Translations under genes and position numbers: made by a program | Shown: piece by piece, positions 1 to 11,672 of the stretch | How the letters are laid out: the number at the start of each line of letters is the position of its first letter | Position numbering within the stretch: the stretch's first letter is position 1 | The notes under the pieces: model-generated | The model's input: the letters and a program-made list of their open reading frames with translations, nothing else | What the model was told of the DNA's origin: nothing | Database searches by the model: none | Assembly: GCA_013115125.1 (NCBI GenBank) | Contig: JABANN010000150.1 | Location: forward strand, 1 to 61,335 | Length of the DNA stretch: 61,335 nt | Direction of reading: 5' to 3' | Origin: Perkinsus olseni | Lineage: Eukaryota

Positions 1-38
1 TCCGTACTCGTCCAGGTGACAGTGCACGAGTCGAAAAA

Positions 39-70
39 CCGGATATGCTAAGAATTTGTGGAGGGGTGTA
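39..70. mobile_element. Right terminal inverted repeat (TIR) plus TA of a Tc1/mariner-like DNA element whose body lies left of the window
   Basis: CCGGATATGCTAAGAATTTGTGGAGGGGTG-TA (39-70) is the exact reverse complement of 3604-3635 and ends in TA. Confidence 0.7.
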
Positions 71-419
71 CATTCAAAACAGTCGATCCCGATACTCAAG
101 ACATATAAGTGAATTCAATTGATCTAAGAGCCGTGCTCCTTCTGCCTCGCCGAACTGGGTTTTGAGTGCGCCGTTTTGCTCGCCCCAATGCCGGCGTTGG
201 CGGGAAAACAGTTTCTTCGAACTGAATTGTTGTGACTTTTTCCTGATTTGTTTCTAATACGAATTCGATCTGGGAATAGTGCTCCTTTGGGAGTGCGATC
301 AGACGGCGTCTCCAGGTAATCAGAGATCGCTGTTGCAGAGAACCGGAGGCTACGAGTAGGGTGCAACCACCGGTCCCCGGGAAATGCTTGAAACAGACGC
401 TAGTGTCCAACCCTTACAG

Positions 420-1625
420 GTCATTTGAGGTAATCTTCGCTCATCACTCGCTAGGTAGGCTCCGATAGAGTCACTTTTCTACTGTGTAACGGATCGACCC
501 GGATCAGTTCACGTCACAGGTGAAACATTTACTAGAAGAACTAGATTTGCAGAAGAAGTGCCGAGCTCTTGTTCAGAAGAATCTGGTCGGATTGTGGGAA
601 GCCACAGCGGTACGCGCCCATATCATGAAGTTCATGGCATGGAGGGCAGCCATTTGGTCATCATACAGAAGCATATCATCTAGCTGATTTTCAGACTTTC
701 GAACGTCTCATGGAAGCTTCTAGTCGAAATGGAACTTCGGACGGAGATCGCGGTTATACGAGCCGTTGTTTCACAGAGCATGTAGCAATAATTCATTTCG
801 TCGCTTGAATGAATCACCATGAATTTTGGAACCGTGTAGATTGAGGGCTTGGCAAAGTTGAGACAGCTTTCTGGAGATGACGAGGAAGAACTTCGGGAAA
901 GAAATGGCAGAATTGCGAAGGCGAAGGCGAACACAACAAGCCGCACACTGTTTGTGGGACTTCTCTTTGATGATGAGCGTAGAAATGGTGTGATGTGGTG
1001 ACAGCGTAGTTCAACACTTTTCTTAATATACCTTCTCTCGTCAGGTATCCTGTTCGAAATCCAAGCACACCTGATACTGGGTGAAGGGCCGATAGACACC
1101 ATCAGCGGCCACCGGGTTGGCGCTGATAGCAGTGGGTCAGTCGATCATCAGTGCTCAGCTGATGTACGCGAACGAGAGAGATTGTAGCGAATAGCAGCTA
1201 ATTTTTTCAGATTACGACAAATCACCGAGCCCCAAGCTGTGGAGAGCAGTGGGATACTTCGTCGAGCCATTTTTCAGGCTGCCCACATATGAGCTCACCC
1301 TGAAACGTGAGACAGGTCTCTACATTTCTTTACAGTCGACTTATATAATCAGTCGGCTATGTCCTCCCTGAGGATGAACTTCGATCCTTCGTCAGGACCC
1401 TTGACATCGCGCGGGTATTGATAGAAGTTAGAACCCTTCGGCTGTCTAACAAAAATAGGTACCACAAGCTTCTTGGCCTTGTAGTTGATGATGTTGTTCA
1501 GATATGATGATGTACACGATTATTCGCCATGGTTAGAATCTCTGCTTTCGCATGTTCATCTACGATTTGTTCGTAATGACCCCGATTGGCCTTCTTGTTA
1601 TTCTCGTGGTTCGCGTTCATCATCA
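420..1625 (-). pseudogene. Degenerate coding remnant of unknown family (possible transposon or viral relic)
   Basis: Protein-like stretches on the minus strand (e.g. IINYKAKKLVVPIFVRQPKGSNFYQYPRDVKGPDEGSKFILREDIAD, and ORF 680-1102) are interrupted by stops and frame changes without clear splice sites. Confidence 0.25.
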
Positions 1626-1669
1626 AAGAATGCCAATTTATCTTCTCTGTCTTGTGGTCAGTAGTACGA

Positions 1670-1722
1670 GACTACCTACTAGGTAGTCCCTAAATACTGT
1701 GTACTGACTCGCTACACAGTAT
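1670..1722. repeat. Two adjacent perfect inverted repeats
   Basis: GACTACCTA-C-TAGGTAGTC (1670-1688) and ATACTGTGTA-N9-TACACAGTAT (1694-1722). Confidence 0.85.
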
Positions 1723-2099
1723 CAACGTAGTCTTGTCTGAAGCTCTCTTGAAGTGTGGTCACAGCTTACGCTAGGATTTTCGTCACGCATACGGGCACCA
1801 GTTGCAGAGTGAATTTGACCAGCACATCGGCAAGATCTCTAGGATACTGGTCGTTAAATTAGTGGCATTAGTCCTTTTCGACCTACCCTAGTTTGCATCA
1901 TTGAGTTAATTGATCTTCTCACTATGCGATAGCGACGAAGATGTAGGTCGGGTGCTGTAGGCCGGGTAGTGCCAACCCAGCTGTGGCATCGACAATATTC
2001 ACGTTGTTTTTTGGCGGAGGCTGGCCTGTGTCAGCGTAGCACGATGGGTGCCTGAAATCTATGCCTCCGTCGGACTGAATAGTGGTTGAGTACAGAGTA

Positions 2100-2144
2100 C
2101 CTCCTTTCCGGTGCGTCTTGACTCAAGTCACACCGGAAAGGAGG
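2100..2144. repeat. 14-bp perfect inverted repeat (hairpin) with 17-nt spacer
   Basis: CCTCCTTTCCGGTG (2100-2113) pairs with CACCGGAAAGGAGG (2131-2144). Confidence 0.9.
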
Positions 2145-2201
2145 AGCAGAGCGGAAGTTCCCTGCGCTTCCCTGGAAGTTTTGCACTCAGATTCATCAAT
2201 C

Positions 2202-3344
2202 TTATAGAATGATTGACTTTGCTTCAACATCATCGACTGTACAATTACTGAACATCTTCCTTACACCTTCCTGACCCAGTGGCCATACACAGGTAGACAG
2301 GATATGCTTAGTGACAACAGCAGGCATGCCAGGGGTACAGCATTTAATACCAGCCATAAGGAGTTCATTGCGAGCCCCATCATCAAGCCTATCGACTAGA
2401 GAGCCGTGATGACCGAAGTACTCTGCCATCCTCTGCAAGCAGGCCCCCTGGACTTTACGTAGATCCTTATGTTGTGGGTTGAATAGCAACTGTACAACCT
2501 CCTTCGGCCATGGACCAAAGAACTTACCCAACCCAAACAGTAGCTGTAACAACAGAGCCTTCTCGCCAACACTACCTCCGATGAGTGCAGTAGTGATAGC
2601 CTGACCAGCCAGCTGACCATCAGTATGCTCCAATAGAGGCTCCCATGCTGGGTGACGGGATGGTGAGGGGAAATCGGTGGTGGTCGTAGACAGCATAGAC
2701 ACTATAGACTTGATAGTCTCCGCCTTCGACAATCGAAAGTCAGCAGGCCGAGTAGAAAAATACACATACGTCAAGGCCGGGACTTGAACTACCGCAGGGT
2801 TTATGTCACCCGATGACCCCATAGAGGTCCGTGACTTCACCGACTTCAACTGGAAATTGCCGTTAGTGGCGAGTAGTACTATAACCCTGGCAGCCAGCAT
2901 CCGTACCATACTTTGCTTCTTAGCAGCATCGAATAGCTGCCATGCCATATCAGCAACTTCCTCAGCTTTTTCTATGGTAGTAACAGCCCCTCCCTGTACT
3001 ACAGCAGCCAATGCTACCGCCCTGGCAAGGAGACCATCAATTCCCTCACCGACTTTCTTAATACCGGCTGTATTATCCTTTATTAAGAACAATAGATGAG
3101 ATAAGGTACTCTCCGTATCATTAACATCAGCCTCCACTAACTTGGCCGTCGCCAGTCCCAATGCCGCTGCAAAGCCGTGCCTGCACATAGCCCTCGAACT
3201 ACCGCAGCCCCTGACAAGCCGTTTTAACGTATAATGAGTATCCGCATTGTTGATGTCAGCCTTCAGCCCATGGACTATACTCAAGGCCGATTCCTCCCGG
3301 ATATGAGGGTTCGGGTCACCGAGCTGGTAGTATAAGTCTTGCAT
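2202..3344 (-). CDS. DNA polymerase phi (Pol5)/MYBBP1A-like nucleolar protein, N-terminal part; intronless, about 380 aa
   Basis: From ATG 3344: MQDLYYQLGDPNPHIREESALSIV...YTLKRLVRGCGSSRAMCRHGFAAALG resembles the Pol5/MYBBP1A N-terminal motif (Y.LKRL.RGL.S.R..AR.GF..AL). Confidence 0.75.
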   Translation of the reverse strand: MQDLYYQLGDPNPHIREESALSIVHGLKADINNADTHYTLKRLVRGCGSSRAMCRHGFAAALGLATAKLVEADVNDTESTLSHLLFLIKDNTAGIKKVGEGIDGLLARAVALAAVVQGGAVTTIEKAEEVADMAWQLFDAAKKQSMVRMLAARVIVLLATNGNFQLKSVKSRTSMGSSGDINPAVVQVPALTYVYFSTRPADFRLSKAETIKSIVSMLSTTTTDFPSPSRHPAWEPLLEHTDGQLAGQAITTALIGGSVGEKALLLQLLFGLGKFFGPWPKEVVQLLFNPQHKDLRKVQGACLQRMAEYFGHHGSLVDRLDDGARNELLMAGIKCCTPGMPAVVTKHILSTCVWPLGQEGVRKMFSNCTVDDVEAKSIIL

Positions 3345-3603
3345 CCTATGCAAAACTATATCGATTATCTGGGCGCGCGCCACATTCCACACTTGCTTCT
3401 TGACGACGATAGGGAAGGGAGCCTTGAATCATCTGCGGTGGCGTATATGTCTTCTTTGGGTTGTTCCGAGTAGTGCTCCGTATCATAGCACGGTCAGTCA
3501 CGAGTACTAGAGTGGGAGGTTAGCACTGGCTACCTATCATTGGTGACACGTAGTGGGTTAGTTAGACGTGAGAACTGCTCCACATTACTGTACTGTGCTA
3601 TTA

Positions 3604-3658
3604 TACACCCCTCCACAAATTCTTAGCATATCCGGCTAAGAATTTGTGGAGGGGTGTA
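3604..3658. mobile_element. Minimal MITE-like element: TA + 22-bp TIR + 7-nt spacer + 22-bp TIR + TA
   Basis: TA-CACCCCTCCACAAATTCTTAGC-ATATCCG-GCTAAGAATTTGTGGAGGGGTG-TA; the same TIR occurs at 47-68. Confidence 0.75.
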
Positions 3659-4051
3659 GTACTAGTATAGCGCTCGGGTGGGAAGGGTGGAGGACTGAGG
3701 AATGGGAAAATAAGGTATACTAGGATGATGCGGTGAGTCGGTAGGGTGAGTCGGATAGACGACGTCTCCACCACCATCAGCAGCAGCACGTGTCGCCAAC
3801 GGTACAGCCATCACGTCGATGCAGGAGTAACTACTGCTACCAGAATCCTATTTATTGCTATCATTCTGAGTCCTGTTCGTGTTGTTGCCCGCTTTGTTAC
3901 ACCATGGTAGATCCCAAGTGTCTCCAAATGGCAAGTATTGAGTTCTGTAGTTTGGTGGTGGTGTTGGATGTAGTGGCCGGCGCACTCCTTCGCGGGGAAA
4001 TGTAAAACATACATCAGTTGCTGCCTCGTTGGCTACGGTAGTAGCGGTGTT

Positions 4052-6800
4052 ATGAACTCATACTTCGACATACTACGGGCAGGGACGGTACTTGGGAGGA
4101 AGAATAGGCCTAGGGGCCGTCGGGAGGATGATAACCTCAAAGGGGCCAATCCTGGTACGATACAGAAGGTAGTAGTGGGTCGCCCCTGTGGAGGTCATTG
4201 GCAAGGCTCTTCAGGCGGATAGCATATTCCTAGGTGGAGGCTCTACTAATGATGATGCCAAGGGAGAGGTGCTGACCACTACTATCGGCCTAACACCTAT
4301 TGTCATGCCTTAGTCCAACACTAGTTCACATCGTCGTCGTCATCATCGTGGTACTAAAAAGAAGAACAAGGGTGATGGTGCTGAGCCTACAGAGGAAGGG
4401 GCTAATGATGGTGCGGAGGCTGCTGATATAGAAGTGTTTGATGATGCACATGATGATGAGGAAGAGAATGATGATGGTAGTACTATAATATCAACCACTG
4501 CTGTATCATTAGTATTACCACCACGAGGCTGTCTATATACACTACAGATACTGTCGAGGGGGAGGTTGGTGAGGAGGGCGGAGGTGATGGGGATGATGTT
4601 GACTCCGCCGAGGAAACACAGGAGGGAAAGAAGAAGAGGAAGATCTTGTCCCCAGCACGGCGGTTGGAGATGGTACTAGTAGCATCAACGCGGGATACTT
4701 GTCGTGCAACGTATAGAGGCATTATAGTCTACGTAGCTTTGAGAGAGTTGAGAGGGACTAGTCAGCGCACGACTTCCGCATCTAGGCGTCTCCTCCTCTC
4801 AAGGGGTAGTTCCCGTTAGATGAGCCATGCCCAGGCTTAAAATGAGCCTGATGTTCCTCCTCCTTCTCCCACCCACAGGCTAATCACTTCCGTAAGGAGA
4901 ATCGCATTGGAGTTAGCGGGACATCCAACCCTCCTGATCCTGTGCTAACCTTCAATACCCAAGACGATGAGGATGGGGATGGTAGAGTATCCAAATGGTT
5001 GAAGGATGCGATGGTGAAGAGCGGGTAGGGCATGTTTTCCGCGGCCCAGAAGGGATTTGTTATTGTTGATAGATTCGCTAACCCTACCCCTATCCAAGCA
5101 CAAGCCATACCATTGATGTTAACTGGGGATCATCTATTAGCCCAGGCCCCCACCGGCAGTGGCAAGACTTTAGCCTTCGTTGTCCCACTATTACAGGGGC
5201 TAGCTAGGCCTGAGAAGAAGTACTCGGCCTAGAAATGGGTGTAGAGGTTTGATTCTCTCCTATTTAGGTTCTGTCGAGGTATTATAGTTGACCCCACAAG
5301 GGAACTAGCTGTTCAAACCGTTAGAGAGGCTGATCGATTGGTACAGGCATGTAGCAAGAAGTTTAGAATTAAGTTACTAGATAAAAACACCAATGTAAGG
5401 AATGAAGCCTTCCTCGCTACTTCGTCATCATGTGTTGCGTATAGGTGAAGAGGCTGGATATTGGAGTCCAGACCCCTCTGGGGCTGGTGCAGGCCCTTAG
5501 GGAGGGTAAAGTGACCTTCAGTCAGACGGAGGTTATTGTGTTTGATGAAGGTAATAGGATGGACCATTGACATCTGCACATCTGCACTCTTCCACCACGA
5601 GATGCTGTAGGTGATAAGCTACTAGATCTAGGCTTCCAGGAACAGATTGATGAGATTATCAAGTATGCTACTGAGGAAGACGATCGTCGTAGGACTGCAG
5701 GTAGTGATACCGAGGATGATGTTGAGGTTAGTGATGATCCTGATTAGGGAGCACACTCACCGCTATACAACTGGCACTATTCTCTGCCACTATGCCTGAT
5801 AATGTAGTCCATCTTATGATGAGTGTTATGGACCCTCCCCCGAATAGGGTATGGGTAGGACAACAAGGATCTGCTGCTAAGGATGTATGATGGGGAGGAT
5901 GAGCGGTACTCCTATGATGGATTATAATCAACAGGTACAACAACGACTACTCTTCTGTGGTAGTGAGGAGGGTAAGCTAGTAGCCATACGCCGAATGATA
6001 GCTAATGGAGAGGTCAAACCACCATGTCTAGCATTCGTCCAGAGCAAGACCAGAGCACAGGAGCTCACCAAGGAGTTGATGTTTGATGGTAGTTGTAGAA
6101 GTTGTCGCTGACTGATGATGAGTCCTTCGCCTCAGGTGTGTTCGTTGCCTGTATACACTCTGATATGAGCCGAAAACAGAGGGATACTTGTATAGAGAAC
6201 TTCCGATTAGGGAAGATATGGATATTGATATGTACTGATGTTATGGCGAGAGGAGTAGACTTCAAGGGTGTTGCTCAAGTAAGGACATACCGTGCTGCAT
6301 CTAGGGGTCAGTACTCGTTATAAGGTCATCAACATCGATATACCACGGGCATCAGCAACCTATATACACAGAGTGGGCCGTACTGGTAGGGCTGGTAATA
6401 AGGGAGAAGCAGTAACGATGTTTACGACTGAGGATAAACCGTAATAATAATAGTGATGGTGGGTGGGGCGGCGGCGGCGGTGGTAGATGGATGGGCAGAT
6501 ACCTACGACCTATTATTAATGTTATGAAACAGTCTGGCTTGGATATACCCTCCTGGTTGAATGATCTACCCCATCCTAATAAGGCGAAGGGTTCGAAGCA
6601 GAAGAACAGTGAATATAAGTAGTGGAAGGGGGTATCCGGTAGTGATGGTCATGATGGTGTCACCACTCAGGAAACCATTGGACAGAGGACACTTGACAAC
6701 ATTATCGGGGTATGATAGGCAGAGGATAGCCAAGAGGAAGCAGATGATAGCTATGTCGAAGGAACAGAAAAGAAAGAAGTCATTTACCAGTACAGAATAG
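4052..6800 (+). CDS. DDX52: DEAD-box RNA helicase, Rok1/DDX52 family (multi-exon)
   Basis: N-terminus [14 protein letters not shown] motif [30 protein letters not shown]; spliced [84 protein letters not shown]. Confidence 0.9.
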
Positions 6801-6921
6801 TAGCCCTCCTAGTACTGTTACTTACCCACGTCTTATTACCACAACTATATTTACCATACAAGCAAAGCATGGTTACTTCGAGTACAGGGGTTATTTAGAC
6901 TGACAGTTCCTCTTTCCTTCT

Positions 6922-8337
6922 ATGACCCGACTATCGACTTCTGCTACATCAGCGGCAGGGCTTGTTGCCGCGGGAGGGGCTCTTATATTCGCCGCTGGAG
7001 TAATAGGCTCCCTAAAGAATAATGTACTGCTAGTGGTGGAGAGGGGTTGGTGGTGATAGGTAGTGATAGGTGAGAACGTTGGAGGCTTTACTGGCACATG
7101 AGACTGAGAAGAGATTGGCGGAGAGAACCGGTAGAATAAGGGCAGAGAAGAAGCTTGAAGAGACCACACTCAATAATAATCAAGGCAAAGATACGAGTAG
7201 CAGCGGTGGTGGACAGGAAAGGCTGCTCGATTGTACCATGTACCGCTCCCTCCGATCATAAGCACTATGAGGACGTTCTCTTGGTGTTTTAGGTATACAT
7301 TGGGTACATGTCGGAGCTGTTTTCCTAGGCGTAATGGTACACCTCGACAGAGTGGTATAGCAGACATAGCGAAGGGTGTTATAGAGATACGCCCTGCAGC
7401 TGATCCTAGTAGCTGTCTACAGGGGCTACAAGGGTAGTAGCAGGCTGAGTATGGGGATTATTGCTTATTATTAATAACAACAATCATCAGATACTCACAT
7501 GTATGGGTCATCTACGTATTCCATTTGAACACTAACCTAGCCAAGAGGTCCCCTAACTTCAATGGTCTCAAGGGTTTAGTGTCCCCTCCACGTAAGTCAT
7601 ATTTTCTATTTCATGTCTGTGTATAACATATTATAAGGTAACACTACTGGTAAGAAGGTAGGGTCATTGGCGTGTAGAAGTCCACACAGACCCAACCCAA
7701 TAGGCCTTACTCTATGCCGTTTGCATGATGTTAATCTCGATAAAGGTCATACCACAACAACAAGAGCAAGGTTGGTGTGATGATATCAGGTATGTAGGTA
7801 CAGTAACAATATCGGGTTTGGATGTAGTAGATGGTACACCAATTCTCGACTTGAAGCCCTATCTTCCTATGACGGAGTGTGCCCCGATGGCTACGGTGCC
7901 GTCATGGGTTGAGACGAGTTACGAAGAAAACGATCGGTACGTGCGCATACGTGTGATTTCCTGTACTACAGTCTCATTTCAGGCTTTTTGTTGTATGGGA
8001 ATGCAATCGTGAGGTACCCGAAGGGGCCGGGGACTACGTCAACATGTCAGAGGATGAAGTGCTGGAGCTGATAGATAATGTAGTTCAGAGGGGCCTTGGT
8101 ACGGTATGAAGTATTATAATATAGGTACTATCTCTGGACATACGAAGTAGACATCAGAAGAACGCAGGAGGGGCCTCCTCCTCCTGGGAAGGGGAAGTTG
8201 AGTTGTGCTATCTCACCATACAGTAAGTAGTCCATCTTCTCAGTTTGTTGTTGTATATGAGTATGTACAGGTATATCATAAATCCAGATCACCAAGTAGT
8301 GACTGTTAAGTCGATAACCAAGTCGGATGTGCCTTGA
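6922..8337 (+). CDS. TRMO: tRNA m6t6A37 methyltransferase, TrmO/TsaA family (multi-exon) with N-terminal hydrophobic and coiled-coil extension
   Basis: SCFPRRNGTPRQSG, HVWVIYVFHLNT, GSLACRSPHRPNPIGLT and SGLDVVDGTPILDLKPYLP are TsaA-domain motifs. Confidence 0.88.
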
Positions 8338-8523
8338 CCTGTGTTTCTATTGTGAAGGAATAAAGTTACCAGTGATCGCATAAGCTCCCCAACGTGCATG
8401 AAGCTTATTCTGCTTGGGGCCAATACGGCAGGGGCCGAATTGATTATTGCCACTATAACACTAGAGGGCTGTTAAAGCAATAATAGTACGACTGTTGGTA
8501 GATTGGCTGAAGCCTTGGTAATA

Positions 8524-11299
8524 CTACATGCAACGTGACGTGGCAAAGATGTCACATTCAACCATCACTAGAAGTATCTGAGAATGGAAAGCTGTCCGTG
8601 GATACTCCCTACTAGTATTATTACGAGATGGTCGGTGTCCATCCACAGGCAGCGTATCCTCCCTGATTCGTGCTCTTCTGGTAACCTTCGCTATACCATC
8701 TAATATCATCCGTATACGGGTTGTTCTATGGGCTCTGAATATGAAAGGTATGAAGAGTGAATGGTATAATCATTATTACTACCTACAGTACTCATCCATC
8801 TTAGCCTTAACAACCTCTACGAAGAATTGTGACCGAGTCAGGGCCACTCTCTTGGCATTGGTGCAAAGTCTTGATAAAGCAATGACAAAGCAACATACCT
8901 AAATTTCGAGTAGCATCATACGAGGTGCTACGGACTGTTACTACTATATTCAAATTGGAGCTGTAAAAGTCATAAGAACGTTCCGCTGTCCATAAAGTAA
9001 AACACTTGTAGCTAGGTAGTGAGGCACTCTTCCGTTTAGATGAATACCCTATTGGTCTATGTAACAGATACGCTCGAGCTAATACACCGAAATCAATACG
9101 TATCTGAGAATGCCACCACCACATATCACGCTGCACCCGAGTAACATTGATAATATCCACTTACAACATCTTCTATACGGACACCTCTGCCTCTCCCTGG
9201 ACCAATATCACCTGGCACATACCACAACAGTCGCCGTGTTGTTGTATCATAACGGGCGTTCCTGACAATAACATCATGAATAAACCCGAACGACAATAGT
9301 ACTGCTATTACACTGTATGCATCTCGTTCTTTTTCCGAAGCATCATCTTCATTACAAGTTGACCACGCTGTACTTGCAATATCTCTCGTACGCATTGGTG
9401 AAGTGTCGGCGCCAGAGGCTTCCGTATATGACTACGTTTGGGGACTTGCGCCATCTGACGAGGGTTATATACCATTCAATGATGTGGGCTCGAGACTGTG
9501 CGGCACCTACCTGTCTCCCCCCAGGAGCAGCAGCAGCACTACTCTTCCTGAGAGTAATGACCACGATAATGAACACCTTCAAGGCTCTATCGACAGCCTA
9601 CAGATCACTAATGTCTTTCAATAACTTCTTCTTCTCCTCCTTCCATCCTATTTTCTTCTTCTCAAATGCCTTCTTTTGCTCCAGCCATGCCACTGCTGCC
9701 TGTAGATGCTGTTGACGCTCTGCTTCCCATGTTGCAGTCTCCTCCGCATGCTGTTGGCTCATAGTCAATATATTCTCCTCCTCCAGCTGCACCTTCTAAC
9801 GTGAGCGTACTCATCTGTATGGCCTACAATCTTACATCGTTATGGGACTGCTGTAAAGTCATTCGGGCTTCCAACATCTCTTGACGCATGGACGATACTT
9901 CCGTCTGTAGCTCATCCAAGCCCACACTAATACCTACTATCACTGAGTGTATCCAAATACGCTGCTAGAGGGTCAACTCACCAAGATTGGCTCCACAGAT
10001 TCCCCTAGTGAGATCAGCTATCTTCTCCACGAATGCAGTGTATCGTTTAGTCTGAGATGCTAGTCGATGCTGGGCACGTAGGAGGAGTACTCTATGGCGG
10101 CACAGTAGGGATACTAAACCTGAGCCCAAGGAGAATGCAGCAGCATGCTTAACAAGGCTACGTTGCCTCCCGGCAACTGTTATTATTACGTCTTTCTTTG
10201 ACCTCGCAGTCGTGTATCCCTTGTGCCATTGGGGATAGTTCCTCCACTTGATTGCGCAAAGATGATGCCTCGGACAGATGGGCTGCTAAGTCTTGCGTGA
10301 CCCTCTGTAGGTCGGCCTGACGCGGCGGCACCCATCCCGGACACTCCCCTAGACGCCCGAGTACTACTTCCAGCAGCTCCACTTCAACGCTCTTGTCCCT
10401 CTCTCTTCTCTTGGATTCCTCCAATAACCGCTGTAAATCAGCATTACGACTGTTGGAATCGGCTAAGTCCCTCTCTAGACCCGATACAATCTCCCGTAGG
10501 GATCCCTAAGGAGGTGACTGTCAGCAAAGTGTCTAGTGTTTCAGGCTCTCACATTGGCCTTTGTGAGGTTGTCTACCTTCTCTTTATACTCGACAAGAGT
10601 ACGCTCCATGTCTTGCAGCCTGCGAGGCAACGTGAAATACAGGGTCCTCGCACAGGAGCACTACCTTGACGTATCTTCAGAGCATCTACGTGAGCTCGGC
10701 TTTAGCGCTGGCGTTACCTCCTCGCTAGGAGGCCTCCTATGAACGTGAACAGGATACCACCATCGACATCATCGAGGCCTACCAGCCCTGTAATTACCTA
10801 GCTCCTGATGACGCGTCCTCCATGATAGTAGCCGGCAGAGGTCCCTGTAATGAGAACGATGGTGCCTGAGAGTGGGAGTATGACCCACCACCAACCGTGA
10901 GGACAGAGGAAATGATCAAACAACACGAGCCATGCTGGTATTATGCATTACTTTATGCTGATGTGTTCCTGCGGAGATGTTAGTTTCCACACTTGAGGGT
11001 GGTGGCAATGACAGGCCTCCCCCCCGGCCTGTGGATTCCTTATCCTAATCAACAGCAGTCCACTATGGAAAGCTGCCCTCCATCATTACTTTGGTGATAT
11101 CAGCAGATCTGGCAGAGGACATCTCATCGTCCTCATCATCATCCGATGTATACAGGAGAATGTGGGCTACTGCCCTGTGATGTATCCTAAGGTCGATAAA
11201 CCTTGCAGTCTTCAACGACTTATGCACAGCACCCTACCGATCTAGCAGCTCACTTTCCCGTCTAAGAGCATCCAGTTCCGCCTCCAAATCGCAATTCAT
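8524..11299 (-). CDS. Coiled-coil protein with a C-terminal PH-like domain (multi-exon; 3' end uncertain)
   Basis: Starts MNCDLEAELDALRRESELL; E/K/Q-rich heptad exons at 9598-10424; C-terminal exons RRLLWYVPG...VRIEDV...RIDFGV...KCFTLWTAERSYDFYSS fit a PH-fold pattern. Confidence 0.55.
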
Positions 11300-11672
11300 C
11301 GAGATGAGACCATTCTACCAATCAAGATGCGCACTTCGTGTCGCTAGCGCGCGCCCGACTGATCGATACACCTTTAGGTCTCACGCAGTACACGGTGGCT
11401 CCGTGCCTAGTGTGGACATGCTCACGTAGTATTGTCACGCATTTCTTCGTCGTGATGGCCTTGAGTCTTAGACCTCCACATCGCTCTCAAATTCGACCTC
11501 AGTCTGAAAATCTTCATCACTTTTTGATATCATGAAAATGCTTAGCTATACCTAAGATACTCTAAGGATATTCGCTATCATTATTGTGGATGAGGATTGC
11601 GCATCATCGTAGACATACTCCATAATAATCCTTACTGTAGTTTTACTCTGCTACCTTCGTTCCCGTCTACCA

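Noticed and set aside
2100..2170. Helitron 3' end or intrinsic terminator at the 14-bp hairpin
   Set aside because: No CTRR terminus at the expected distance and no U-tract on either strand.
3660..4020. Small ORFs between the mini-element and DDX52
   Set aside because: Short, overlapping on both strands, with no motif or consistent exon structure.
4767..4779. GCACGACTTCCGC shared with the sequence just after the ENT5 stop (about 24808-24820)
   Set aside because: A single 13-nt match in 61 kb is compatible with chance.
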